Positions 8,718 through 17,745 of a stretch of DNA of 64,000 nucleotides are shown here, piece by piece. The DNA is from Alphaproteobacteria bacterium. GTDB taxonomy: Bacteria > Pseudomonadota > Alphaproteobacteria > Bin95. How positions within the stretch are numbered: the first letter of the stretch is position 1; each line of letters starts with the position of its first letter. Made by a program: the position numbers and the translations under genes. The notes under the pieces were generated by a model. The model made no database searches. It saw only the letters and a list, made by a program, of their open reading frames with translations, and was not told the DNA's origin. The stretch covers positions 1,773 through 65,772 of the forward strand of contig JAPOJR010000001.1 of NCBI GenBank assembly GCA_029978325.1, in the 5' to 3' direction.

Positions 8718-10190
8718 CTAACCGTCGAGTTTCGGCTTCAACAACTGGTTTACCAGGGCCGGGTTGGCCTTGCCCTGGGTCGCCTTCATCACCTGACCGA
8801 CAAAGAAGCCGAACAGCTTGTCCTTGCCGCCGCGGTAGTCGGCCACCTTGTCTGCGTTCTTCGCCATCACCTCGTCAATGATCGCCTCGATCGCGCCGGT
8901 GTCGGTGATCTGGACCAGGCCCTTTTCCTCGACGATGGCGGCTGCGTCCTTACCGCTCTCGATCATCGCCTCGAACACGTCCTTGGCGATGCGGCCGGAG
9001 ATGGTGTTGTCGGAGATCAGGTCGACCAGCCCGCCCAGCTTCTCGGCACCGATGGGCGCGTTGGTGACATCGAAGCCTTCCCGATTGAGGTAGGCGAAGT
9101 AATCGCCGGTGATCCAGTTGGTCGCCAGCTTGGCATCGCGGCCTTTCACCACCGTTTCAAAGAAATCGGCGGTGGCCTGGTCCGCGGTCATCACCCAGGC
9201 GTCGTAGTCGGCGATGCCATAGTCTTTGACAAAGCGGGCGCGCTTGGCGTCGGGCAATTCCGGCATGCCGGCGCGGATGCGCTCGATGAATTCATCCTCA
9301 AGACGAAGCGGCAGCAGGTCCGGATCCGGGAAATAGCGGTAATCGTGGGCGTCTTCCTTCGACCGCATCGACCGCGTCTCGCCCTTGTTCGGGTCATAGA
9401 GGCGGGTCTCCTGCACCACCTCGCCGCCATTCTCGATCAGGCGGATCTGACGGCGCGCCTCATACTCGATGGCCTGGCGGACAAAGCGGATGGAGTTGAC
9501 GTTCTTCACCTCGCAACGCGTGCCCAACTCATCGCCCGGATGCCGCACCGAGACGTTGATATCGCAGCGCATCGAGCCCTGATCCATGTTGCCGTCACAG
9601 GTGCCGAGATAGCGCAACACCTGTCGCAGCTTGGACAGGTAGGCGGTCGCCTGCTCACCGGAGCGCATGTCGGGTTCGGACACGATTTCCATCAACGCGG
9701 TGCCCGACCGGTTCAGGTCGATATAGGACTGGGTCGGATGCTGGTCGTGGATCGACTTGCCGGCGTCCTGCTCCACATGCAGGCGGGTGACGCCGATCCG
9801 CTTTGGCACTTCGCCTTCCGGCTCGATATCGATATAGCCGCCGGTGACGATGGGGTGCTCAAACTGGCTGATCTGATAACCCTGCGGCAGGTCCGCGTAG
9901 AAGTAATTTTTGCGGTCGAAGCGCGAGTATTTGTTGACCGTGCCGTTGATACCCAGCCCAGTCAGCACCGCCTGCTCAACGCAATGCTCATTCAGGACCG
10001 GTAACATGCCAGGGAAGGCGGCATCGACCAGCGAAACCTGCGTGTTCGGCTCCGCGCCGAAGGCGACAGGCGCGCCGGAAAACAGCTTGGCGTTCGAGAT
10101 GACCTGGGCATGCACCTCCAGCCCGATCACGATCTCCCATTCGCCGGAGTCACCTTTGAGCAATTTGGGGTGTTCTAATAGTTCAGCCAT
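8718..10190 (-). CDS. gatB: Asp-tRNA(Asn)/Glu-tRNA(Gln) amidotransferase subunit B
   Basis: 490 aa; strongly conserved GatB sequence (GLEVHAQ.., [15 protein letters not shown]-terminal YqeY-like helix domain). Confidence 0.95.
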   Translation of the reverse strand: MAELLEHPKLLKGDSGEWEIVIGLEVHAQVISNAKLFSGAPVAFGAEPNTQVSLVDAAFPGMLPVLNEHCVEQAVLTGLGINGTVNKYSRFDRKNYFYADLPQGYQISQFEHPIVTGGYIDIEPEGEVPKRIGVTRLHVEQDAGKSIHDQHPTQSYIDLNRSGTALMEIVSEPDMRSGEQATAYLSKLRQVLRYLGTCDGNMDQGSMRCDINVSVRHPGDELGTRCEVKNVNSIRFVRQAIEYEARRQIRLIENGGEVVQETRLYDPNKGETRSMRSKEDAHDYRYFPDPDLLPLRLEDEFIERIRAGMPELPDAKRARFVKDYGIADYDAWVMTADQATADFFETVVKGRDAKLATNWITGDYFAYLNREGFDVTNAPIGAEKLGGLVDLISDNTISGRIAKDVFEAMIESGKDAAAIVEEKGLVQITDTGAIEAIIDEVMAKNADKVADYRGGKDKLFGFFVGQVMKATQGKANPALVNQLLKPKLDG

Positions 10191-10299
10191 TGTTCATTCT
10201 CATTCAGTCCGTCGTTTGCCAGCCCATGGCCGATCGTATGCCAATTCTGCGCCACTCTGGGTTGCTTCGTTGCTGCGCGCCTCGCAATGACGAGGGAGG

Positions 10300-11778
10300 T
10301 TAATACCCGGCCGGACGGGCGGAGAAGCCCGCTGCCTCTTCCAGCGCCTGAGCGACCTGGACCAAGGTGACCTCGTCGAACGGCTTGCCAATCAGATGCA
10401 GGCCCAAGGGCAGCCCCTCGTCGCTCAGGCCGCCCGGCACCGAGATCGCGGGCAGGCCGGCCATGCTGGCGGGGACGGTGAACACGTCGTTCAGGTACAT
10501 CTGCACCGGATCGTCCTGCTTTTCGCCCAGGGCGAACGCCGCGCTGGGGGCAGTCGGCGTCAGGATGGCGTCGACCTGCTCGAATGCCTGCGTGAAGTCG
10601 CGCAGGATCAGCGAGCGGACCTTCTGCGCCTTCAGGTAGTAAGCATCGTAGTAGCCGGCGCTCAGCACGTAGGTGCCGATCATGATGCGGCGCTTCACCT
10701 CGGCGCCGAAACCCTCGGCGCGGGTGTTCTCATACATCTCTTTCAGGTCTTTGCCCGGTACGCGCAGGCCATAGCGCACGCCGTCATACCGCGCCAAGTT
10801 CGAGGACGCCTCGGCCGGGGCGATGATGTAGTAGGTCGGCAAGGCGTATTTGGTGTGCGGCAGGCTGATCTCGACCACGTCGGCGCCCTGGGCGCGCAGC
10901 CAGTCGGCGCCTTGGTGCCAGATGCGGTCGATTTCCGCGGGCATGCCGTCCACCCGGTATTCCTTCGGCACGCCAATCTTCAGGCCCTTAACGCCGGCGC
11001 GCAGTTTTTCCGCAAAGTTCGGGGTGTCATAAGGGGCGCTGGTCGAATCCTTTGGATCGTGCCCAGCCATGACCTGCAGCATCGTCGCTGCGTCTTCGAC
11101 CGTGCGGGTCATCGGGCCGGCCTGGTCCAAAGACGAGGCGAAGGCGACGATACCCCAGCGCGAGCAACGGCCATAGGTCGGCTTCAGGCCAACGATGCCG
11201 CAGAAACTGGCCGGCTGGCGGATGGAGCCGCCAGTGTCGGTTCCCGTTGCGGCAATGGCGATGCGGGCAGCCACTGCTGCTGCCGACCCGCCGGACGAGC
11301 CGCCCGGCACGCGCTGGCGGTTGTCGCCGCCGCCCGCGACCCAGGGGTTGGTCACCGGGCCAAAATAGCTGGTGATATTGGCCGAGCCCATCGCGAACTC
11401 GTCCAGGTTCGCCTTGCCCAGCATGACCGAGCCGCCGGCCTTGAGCTTGCCGGACACCGTGCTCTCATAGGGCGGCACGAACGGCTCCAGGATGTGACTG
11501 CCCGCGGTCGACCGCACGCCTTCGGTGCAGAACAGATCCTTCATGGCGATGGGCACGCCGTCCATCGGCCCGGCGCTCTCGCCCTTGGCGCGGCGTGCGT
11601 CGCTGGCGTCGGCATCGGCCAAGGCGCGCTCCGGCGTCTCGGTGATGAAAGCGTTCAGGGCCTTGTGCTGGGCCATTGCGTCGATATGCGCTTGCGCCAG
11701 CTCCCGGGCGGAGAAGTCACCGGAGTCCAAGCCGGCGCGAGCCCCGGCAATCGTGAGATCGGTCAGACCACTCATCAC
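10300..11778 (-). CDS. gatA: Asp-tRNA(Asn)/Glu-tRNA(Gln) amidotransferase subunit A (amidase)
   Basis: 492 aa; amidase signature [13 protein letters not shown]; 4-nt overlap with gatC upstream. Confidence 0.95.
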   Translation of the reverse strand: MMSGLTDLTIAGARAGLDSGDFSARELAQAHIDAMAQHKALNAFITETPERALADADASDARRAKGESAGPMDGVPIAMKDLFCTEGVRSTAGSHILEPFVPPYESTVSGKLKAGGSVMLGKANLDEFAMGSANITSYFGPVTNPWVAGGGDNRQRVPGGSSGGSAAAVAARIAIAATGTDTGGSIRQPASFCGIVGLKPTYGRCSRWGIVAFASSLDQAGPMTRTVEDAATMLQVMAGHDPKDSTSAPYDTPNFAEKLRAGVKGLKIGVPKEYRVDGMPAEIDRIWHQGADWLRAQGADVVEISLPHTKYALPTYYIIAPAEASSNLARYDGVRYGLRVPGKDLKEMYENTRAEGFGAEVKRRIMIGTYVLSAGYYDAYYLKAQKVRSLILRDFTQAFEQVDAILTPTAPSAAFALGEKQDDPVQMYLNDVFTVPASMAGLPAISVPGGLSDEGLPLGLHLIGKPFDEVTLVQVAQALEEAAGFSARPAGY

Positions 11779-12062
11779 TCAACCACCTTCGGCACGGTGT
11801 AGAAGCCCAACGCGCCTTCCGGCGCGTTCGAGGTAACAACCTCGGCATAGCCGCCATCGCTCACCTTGTCCGCGCGCAGCGGCAATGGGAAGTCGCCGAC
11901 TCCGGTCATCGGCTCGACGCCATCGACATTCACCTCGTCCAAATGCTCGACGAATGTGATAATAGCGGACAGGTCTGTCGCCCAGGCTTGCAGTTCGTCG
12001 TCTGTAACCTTAATGCGAGCCAGATTGGCGATGCGTGCCACCGTCGCCTGATCCAACGCCAT
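11775..12062 (-). CDS. gatC: Asp-tRNA(Asn)/Glu-tRNA(Gln) amidotransferase subunit C
   Basis: 95 aa; position immediately upstream of gatA; typical GatC length and sequence. Confidence 0.9.
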   Translation of the reverse strand: MALDQATVARIANLARIKVTDDELQAWATDLSAIITFVEHLDEVNVDGVEPMTGVGDFPLPLRADKVSDGGYAEVVTSNAPEGALGFYTVPKVVE

Positions 12063-12152
12063 GCTGCGTTCCTTATCGTCTGTAACTGTGATTCACTTGG
12101 GAGGGCCCCGCCCATCTCTAGCCGCCAAACCCGGATTTGCAAGCCCGCCGAC

Positions 12153-12662
12153 CTGGCCGGGCTGCCACGTCACACGCGAATTGTGGGGCTGGATGTCGGC
12201 AGCCACAAGATCGGCGTCGCTTTGTCCGACCCCGGCCGCCGCATCGCCTCGCCTGCCGGCGTGGTCCGCCGCGCCAAACGATTCTTCGAAACGGCCGAGC
12301 GTCTGGCTGAATTCTGGAAGGGCGAGGCCGTTGCCGGCATCGTGGTCGGCATGCCGTTGAACCAGGATGGCAGCCAGGGCCCGCGCGCCCAGTCCAGCCG
12401 CCAGTTCGCCCATAACCTGGCCGAACATTTCGGCCTGCCCGTAGCGCTCTGGGACGAGCGCTTTTCCTCTGTCGCAGCAGAACGGCTGCTGCTGGAGGAG
12501 GCCGACCTGTCGCGCACGCGCCGCCAGGAACTGGTGGACCAGACCGCGGCGGCATTCATCCTGCAAGGCTGCCTCGACTTTCTGATGAAGCCGCTGGTGC
12601 AGGAGATCGAGGACGAGGACACCGAGGGCGGCCCAGGCGCGGAGCCCGGCGAAACGTGCTGA
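12153..12662 (+). CDS. ruvX: Holliday junction resolvase-like RNase H-fold protein YqgF/RuvX
   Basis: The IVGLDVGSHKIGVALSD motif is diagnostic of YqgF. The start is uncertain because there is no in-frame ATG after gatC; CTG at 12153 or another non-ATG start is assumed. Confidence 0.7.
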   Translation: MAGLPRHTRIVGLDVGSHKIGVALSDPGRRIASPAGVVRRAKRFFETAERLAEFWKGEAVAGIVVGMPLNQDGSQGPRAQSSRQFAHNLAEHFGLPVALWDERFSSVAAERLLLEEADLSRTRRQELVDQTAAAFILQGCLDFLMKPLVQEIEDEDTEGGPGAEPGETC

Positions 12663-13573
12663 GCGTCGCACTGGCTATTCTGCCGATCATCATCGCCATC
12701 GCTGTCGGCTATGTCCTGAAGGTGCGCGGTGTCCCGGCCGCGGCCTGGGCCGCTGCGGAAAAGAGCGTGTTCTATGTCTTTTTGCCGGCATTGATGGTGC
12801 ACCACGTCTCGGTGCGCGATGTCGCCGTCGCCGAGGTGCTGGCGATGCTGCTGCCGATTTGCGGCATTATCATCGGCCTGGGGGTTATCGGCTATTGGAG
12901 TGCCCGCTGGCTCACCCGTAGCCCGCCACCCACCGCAGCGTCGGTGCATCAGGGCTCGATCCGGTTGAATGGCGTTGTCATGATCGCGCTGGTGCCAGCG
13001 CTGCTGGGCGAGGCGGTCTGGCCCTATATCGTCGTGATGACCTCTGTTTGGCCAGCGCTCTCCAACACCACCTCGATCATCGTTTTCGCCAATGCCGCAG
13101 GCTTGAACCGCTCGCCGCGCAAGATGGCCCTGGCCATTATCAAGAACCCGGTGGTGATCGCGGTCGCGCTTGGGACGGCATTCAACATGGCCGGGCTGGG
13201 CCCGTTCATCGCGGCGCTGGGAGTGTTCAAGCTGTTAGGGAACGCGGCGTTGCCGGTGGGCTTGCTGGCGGCGGGCGCGGCACTGGAATTCGCCAGCCTC
13301 CGGTCCTCCGGCCCGCCCACTCTTTTGGCTACTGTGTTGAAGCTTGCCGCGATGCCGGCGTTGATGTGGGTGATCTGCGATGCTCTGGGCCTGTCGCTGC
13401 TGATCACCCAAGTGATGGTGATCTCATCGGCGCTGCCGTGTTCGCCCAGCAGTTATGTGCTGGCCAGCCAGATGGGCGGCGACGGCAGGACAATGGCCAG
13501 CACCATCACGTTGCAGCACGTGGTGGGAATGATGAGCGTGGCGCTGGTGGCTGGCTGGATGCTGACGCTTTAG
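12656..13573 (+). CDS. AEC-family (auxin efflux carrier / malate permease-like) transporter
   Basis: 305 aa, about 10 predicted TM helices, sequence typical of AEC-family permeases. Confidence 0.8.
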   Translation: MLSVALAILPIIIAIAVGYVLKVRGVPAAAWAAAEKSVFYVFLPALMVHHVSVRDVAVAEVLAMLLPICGIIIGLGVIGYWSARWLTRSPPPTAASVHQGSIRLNGVVMIALVPALLGEAVWPYIVVMTSVWPALSNTTSIIVFANAAGLNRSPRKMALAIIKNPVVIAVALGTAFNMAGLGPFIAALGVFKLLGNAALPVGLLAAGAALEFASLRSSGPPTLLATVLKLAAMPALMWVICDALGLSLLITQVMVISSALPCSPSSYVLASQMGGDGRTMASTITLQHVVGMMSVALVAGWMLTL

Positions 13574-13615
13574 GCGCGCTTGCGCCCGTCTCGCGTCCGG
13601 CGTAAATCCAGCCCT

Positions 13616-14590
13616 ATGGCCGATATCATCTTCCCGCACCAGCACATCCTTGGCATCGAGGGCATGGGTCCCGATGCCATCTCCACGATTCTCGATCTTT
13701 CCGAGAGTTACGTCGATCTGAACCGGCAGCGGGACAAGAAGCGCAGCGACCTGCGCGGCCGCACGGTGATCAACGTGTTCTTCGAAAGCTCGACCCGCAC
13801 GCGCACCTCGTTCGAACTGGCCGGCAAGCGGCTAGGGGCGGACGTGATCAACATCGCGGTAGAGGCCAGCGCCATCAACAAGGGCGAGACGCTGCTGGAC
13901 ACCGCCATGACGCTGAACGCCATGCATCCGGACGTGTTGGTGGTGCGCCATCCCTATTCCGGCGCAGTCCAGCTGATCTCTGAAAAGGTGGAATGTGCGG
14001 TGGTCAATGCCGGCGATGGCTGGCACGAGCATCCTACCCAGGCTTTGCTGGACGCGCTTACAATCCGGCGGCGGGTCGGCAAGCTGGCCGGGCTGAATGT
14101 GGCGATCTGCGGCGATGTCGCACACAGCCGGGTCGCCCGCTCCAACATTCTGTTGCTGCACACCATGGGGGCATTCGTGCGCATCGTTGCGCCGCCAACC
14201 CTGGTGCCGGCCGATGCGGCCAAGCTGGGGGTCGATGTCTATCATGACATGGCGGAGGGCCTGAAAGATGCGGACATCGTCATGATGCTGCGCATCCAGA
14301 CCGAGCGCATGCGTGGCTCGCTGTTCCCGTCGCAACGGGAATATTTCCGCTATTTCGGATTGGATGCCGAAAAGCTGAAAGCGGCCAAGCCCGACGCGTT
14401 GATCATGCACCCGGGCCCGATGAACCGCGGCATCGAGATCGACTCCGACGTGGCGGACGATATCAACCGCTCGGTCATCCCGGAGCAAGTGGAAATGGGC
14501 GTGGCGGTGCGCATGGCCTGCCTCGACCTTCTGACCCGCAACGTGATCGCCAATTTCGACGACGACAGCAGCAAGGGGGGAGCCGCCTGA
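13616..14590 (+). CDS. pyrB: Aspartate carbamoyltransferase catalytic subunit
   Basis: STRTR carbamoyl-phosphate-binding motif and HPxQ region. ATG at 13616 (MADIIF); the ORF track begins at 13580. Confidence 0.9.
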   Translation: MADIIFPHQHILGIEGMGPDAISTILDLSESYVDLNRQRDKKRSDLRGRTVINVFFESSTRTRTSFELAGKRLGADVINIAVEASAINKGETLLDTAMTLNAMHPDVLVVRHPYSGAVQLISEKVECAVVNAGDGWHEHPTQALLDALTIRRRVGKLAGLNVAICGDVAHSRVARSNILLLHTMGAFVRIVAPPTLVPADAAKLGVDVYHDMAEGLKDADIVMMLRIQTERMRGSLFPSQREYFRYFGLDAEKLKAAKPDALIMHPGPMNRGIEIDSDVADDINRSVIPEQVEMGVAVRMACLDLLTRNVIANFDDDSSKGGAA

Positions 14591-15882
14591 TGCGCCGCGC
14601 CTTCGTCAATGCCCGTCTGCTCGACCCGGCTTCCGGCCTGGACCAGAAAGGCGGCCTGCTGGTTCTAGGTGAATCCATCGCCGATATCGGCCCGCACATC
14701 CGGCCGGGCCAGTTAGCACCGGACATCGAATGGGTCGATTGCCATGGCCATTGCCTGGCGCCCGGCCTGGTCGACATGCGCACCCAGTTCCGCGAGCCGG
14801 GCGAAGAGCATAAGGAGACGCTGGACAGCATCTCTCGCGCTGCAGCAGCCGGCGGCATCACCGCCCTGGTCGGCCTGCCGAACACTCGGCCGGTTATCGA
14901 CGATGTGGCCGTGGTCGAGTTCGTGGCCCGCCGCGCGCGCGAGGTGAAGCTGGTCAAGATCTTCGTCTATGGCGGCGTTACCAAGGGCCTGGACGGCAAG
15001 CAATTGGTGGAGATGGGCCTGTTGCGCGAGGCGGGTGCGCTGGCCTTTACCGATGGTCTGCATGCGGTGCGCAACGCCCAGGTGATGCGCAACGCGCTGT
15101 CCTATGCCAAGGCGTTCGACGCGCTGATCATCCAACATCCGGAAGACCCGGACCTGGCCGATGGCGGCCACATGAACGAGGGCGAGTTGGCGACCCGCCT
15201 GGGCCTGGCCGGCATCCCGACTGCGGCTGAGTCGGTTCTGCTAGAGCGCGACCGTCGGCTGGTAGCTCTGACCGGCGGCCGCTATCACGCCGCCCACGTC
15301 TCGTCGGCGGAAGGATTGGCGGTGATCCGCCGGGCCAAGGCCGAGGGCCTGCGCATGACGGCGGATACCGCCCCGCCCTATTTCGCGCTGAACGACCTGG
15401 AGGTGCAGGGCTATCGCACCTTCGCCAAGGTCTCGCCGCCGCTGCGCTCCGAGGACGACCGGCTGGCGGTAGTCGAGGCATTGCAGGACGGCACCATCGA
15501 CGTCATCGCCTCGGACCACGCACCGCATGACCAGGAATCGAAGCGTATTCCGTTCGCCCAGGCCGAGCCGGGCATGGTTGGCGTTGAGACGCTGCTGCCG
15601 CTGGCCCTGGAACTGTATCACAAGGGCCAACTGCCGCTGCTGGACCTGTTGCGCAAGATGACGGTGGCACCAGCCGCGCTGCTGGGCCTGCCGCTAGGCA
15701 CACTAGGGGTCGGCAAGCCGGCAGACCTGGTGCTGTTCGACCTGGACCGGCCTTGGCGGCTGGATGTCAAGGGCGGGGTCGGCAAATCGAAGAATGCCCC
15801 GTACGACGGCCGCCCGGTTCAAGGCCAGGTACGGATGACCGTGGTGGACGGACGCATCGTTTATCAGGTGCCGGAGAACTGA
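14590..15882 (+). CDS. Dihydroorotase-like protein overlapping pyrB (possibly non-catalytic PyrC')
   Basis: 430 aa with type I DHOase architecture (..REPGEEHKET..NTRPV..SDHAPH). The canonical D-x-H-x-H zinc-binding motif is replaced by DMRTQF. Start overlaps the pyrB stop (ATGA). Confidence 0.8.
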   Translation: MRRAFVNARLLDPASGLDQKGGLLVLGESIADIGPHIRPGQLAPDIEWVDCHGHCLAPGLVDMRTQFREPGEEHKETLDSISRAAAAGGITALVGLPNTRPVIDDVAVVEFVARRAREVKLVKIFVYGGVTKGLDGKQLVEMGLLREAGALAFTDGLHAVRNAQVMRNALSYAKAFDALIIQHPEDPDLADGGHMNEGELATRLGLAGIPTAAESVLLERDRRLVALTGGRYHAAHVSSAEGLAVIRRAKAEGLRMTADTAPPYFALNDLEVQGYRTFAKVSPPLRSEDDRLAVVEALQDGTIDVIASDHAPHDQESKRIPFAQAEPGMVGVETLLPLALELYHKGQLPLLDLLRKMTVAPAALLGLPLGTLGVGKPADLVLFDLDRPWRLDVKGGVGKSKNAPYDGRPVQGQVRMTVVDGRIVYQVPEN

Positions 15883-15885
15883 CCG

Positions 15886-16497
15886 ATGCCAGACCTGCTG
15901 GGCGACGCCTTCTATCAATGGCCGTTCTACGCAGGGTTGGTTCTGGCCTATCTGCTGGGATCAGTGCCATTCGGCCTCATACTGACACGCCTGGCCGGGC
16001 TGGGCGACATCCGTAAGGTCGGCAGCGGCAATATCGGCGCGACCAACGTACTGCGCACCGGCAACAAGCCCTTGGCGCTAGCCGTGTTGCTGCTGGATGG
16101 CGGCAAGGGCGCGGCCGCGGTGGCCCTGGCCTGGCGATTCGGCCCGGATATGGCGGTTTTCGCCGCTGCTGGCGCGGTGCTGGGCCATTGCTTTCCCGTA
16201 TGGTTGCGCTTTAAGGGCGGCAAGGGAGTTGCGACGACGCTGGGCGTATTGCTGGCGCTGAACCTATGGGTCGGCGCTGCCGCCTGCCTGACCTGGCTTG
16301 CCGCCGCATTGCTGTTCCGGATTTCTTCGCTGGCCGCCTTACTGGCAATGATGGCGGCACCGATCGCAGCCCACGTGCTCAGCTTACCGCATATCCGAGA
16401 TGTTGCCGTACTGATCGCTGCGTTGGTCATCGCGCGACATCACGCGAATATACGCCGCCTGCTGAAACGCGAAGAGCCACGGATCGGCAAAAAGTAA
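15886..16497 (+). CDS. plsY: Glycerol-3-phosphate acyltransferase PlsY
   Basis: 203 aa; GSGNIGATN motif; membrane protein. Confidence 0.9.
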   Translation: MPDLLGDAFYQWPFYAGLVLAYLLGSVPFGLILTRLAGLGDIRKVGSGNIGATNVLRTGNKPLALAVLLLDGGKGAAAVALAWRFGPDMAVFAAAGAVLGHCFPVWLRFKGGKGVATTLGVLLALNLWVGAAACLTWLAAALLFRISSLAALLAMMAAPIAAHVLSLPHIRDVAVLIAALVIARHHANIRRLLKREEPRIGKK

Positions 16498-16578
16498 CGC
16501 CCGAACCTGCGTTAGCGCTTCGTTAACCAATTTTGCCGGATCGTATCGTCAGACGCCCCCTGAAACACCCTGGGCGGG

Positions 16579-17715
16579 ATGGAGGGTTCCATCGAATACG
16601 CATCCGACGTTGGCGAGCGGCGGGCCCGCCTGCAATTGGCGCGTAGCCATGGCATTGGCCCCCAACGCTTCCGCAGCTTGATCGACCGGTTCGGTTCGGC
16701 TGTCGAGGCGCTGAAACGGACCAGCTATATCCGACAGCGCCTCGGCCAGGACTGGAAGGCCGCTTCGCTGGACCAGATCATCGCCGAAGGAAAAGCACTG
16801 AAGGCCATGGGCGGCCGGTTCCTGTTGCTGGGTGACCCCGAGTACCCGCATCTGCTTGCCCATACCGGTTCGCCGCCGCCCGTCATCTCCGTTCTCGGCC
16901 AGGTGGGCATCCTGCAAAAACGCGCCGTCGCGATCGTTGGCGCCCGAAACGCTTCGGCTGCGGGCGTCCGCATGGCTGAAAATCTGGCAGGGGCCTTGGG
17001 TGTTCACGGCCTTGTGATCGTGTCCGGCCTAGCCCGTGGCATCGATGGCGGCGCCCACCGCGGCGCGCTGAACAGCGGCACGGTTGCGGTCATGGCCGGT
17101 GGACTCGACAAAATCTATCCGGCGGAACACGCGCAACTGGCTGAGACTATCGCAGCCTCAGGGGCGGTGATCAGCGAAATGCCGCTGGGAACGGAAACCC
17201 GGGCAGAACTGTTTCCACGCCGCAACCGCATCGTCGCCGGGCTGTCTTTGGCCGTCGTGGTCATCGAAGCAGCGCAGCGGTCCGGCTCGTTGATTACAGC
17301 ACGTTATGCCCTGGAGGAAGGGCGGGAACTATGCGCCGTTCCGGGCTCGCCGATCGACCCGCGGACCGCCGGGCCCAACCAATTGCTGCGCGCCGGCGCG
17401 ACCTTCGTTGAAACAGCGGAAGATGTGCTGGCGACGCTGCCTCGGCAGATGCAGGTCGCCACCGAGCGTCCCCCGCTCTACGGCTATGCCAACCAATTGC
17501 CGAAGCGGCCCGAAGACCTCGCCGACGATCCCCTGGAAGCAGGGGACGATCCCATCGCCAAGGTGCTGGGTTCGTTAGGCGCTACACCGGTTACCGTTGA
17601 CGAACTGTGCCGGCAATGTCACTTGTCCAGCACAGAGGTGGCACGACTCCTCGCAGAATTGGAACTGGACGGCCGGCTGGAACGCCATCCCGGTCAATAC
17701 GTTTCGCTGCGTTGA
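16579..17715 (+). CDS. dprA: DNA-processing protein A (Smf)
   Basis: 378 aa; Rossmann-like DprA core (AIVGARNAS..VIVSGLARGID..) and conserved position upstream of topA. Confidence 0.85.
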   Translation: MEGSIEYASDVGERRARLQLARSHGIGPQRFRSLIDRFGSAVEALKRTSYIRQRLGQDWKAASLDQIIAEGKALKAMGGRFLLLGDPEYPHLLAHTGSPPPVISVLGQVGILQKRAVAIVGARNASAAGVRMAENLAGALGVHGLVIVSGLARGIDGGAHRGALNSGTVAVMAGGLDKIYPAEHAQLAETIAASGAVISEMPLGTETRAELFPRRNRIVAGLSLAVVVIEAAQRSGSLITARYALEEGRELCAVPGSPIDPRTAGPNQLLRAGATFVETAEDVLATLPRQMQVATERPPLYGYANQLPKRPEDLADDPLEAGDDPIAKVLGSLGATPVTVDELCRQCHLSSTEVARLLAELELDGRLERHPGQYVSLR

Positions 17716-17745
17716 GCGGCCGTACGCGTCGATTTAGGATATCCT

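Noticed and set aside
10396-11802. 468-aa plus-strand ORF antisense to gatA
   Set aside because: Shadow ORF opposite a highly conserved gene.
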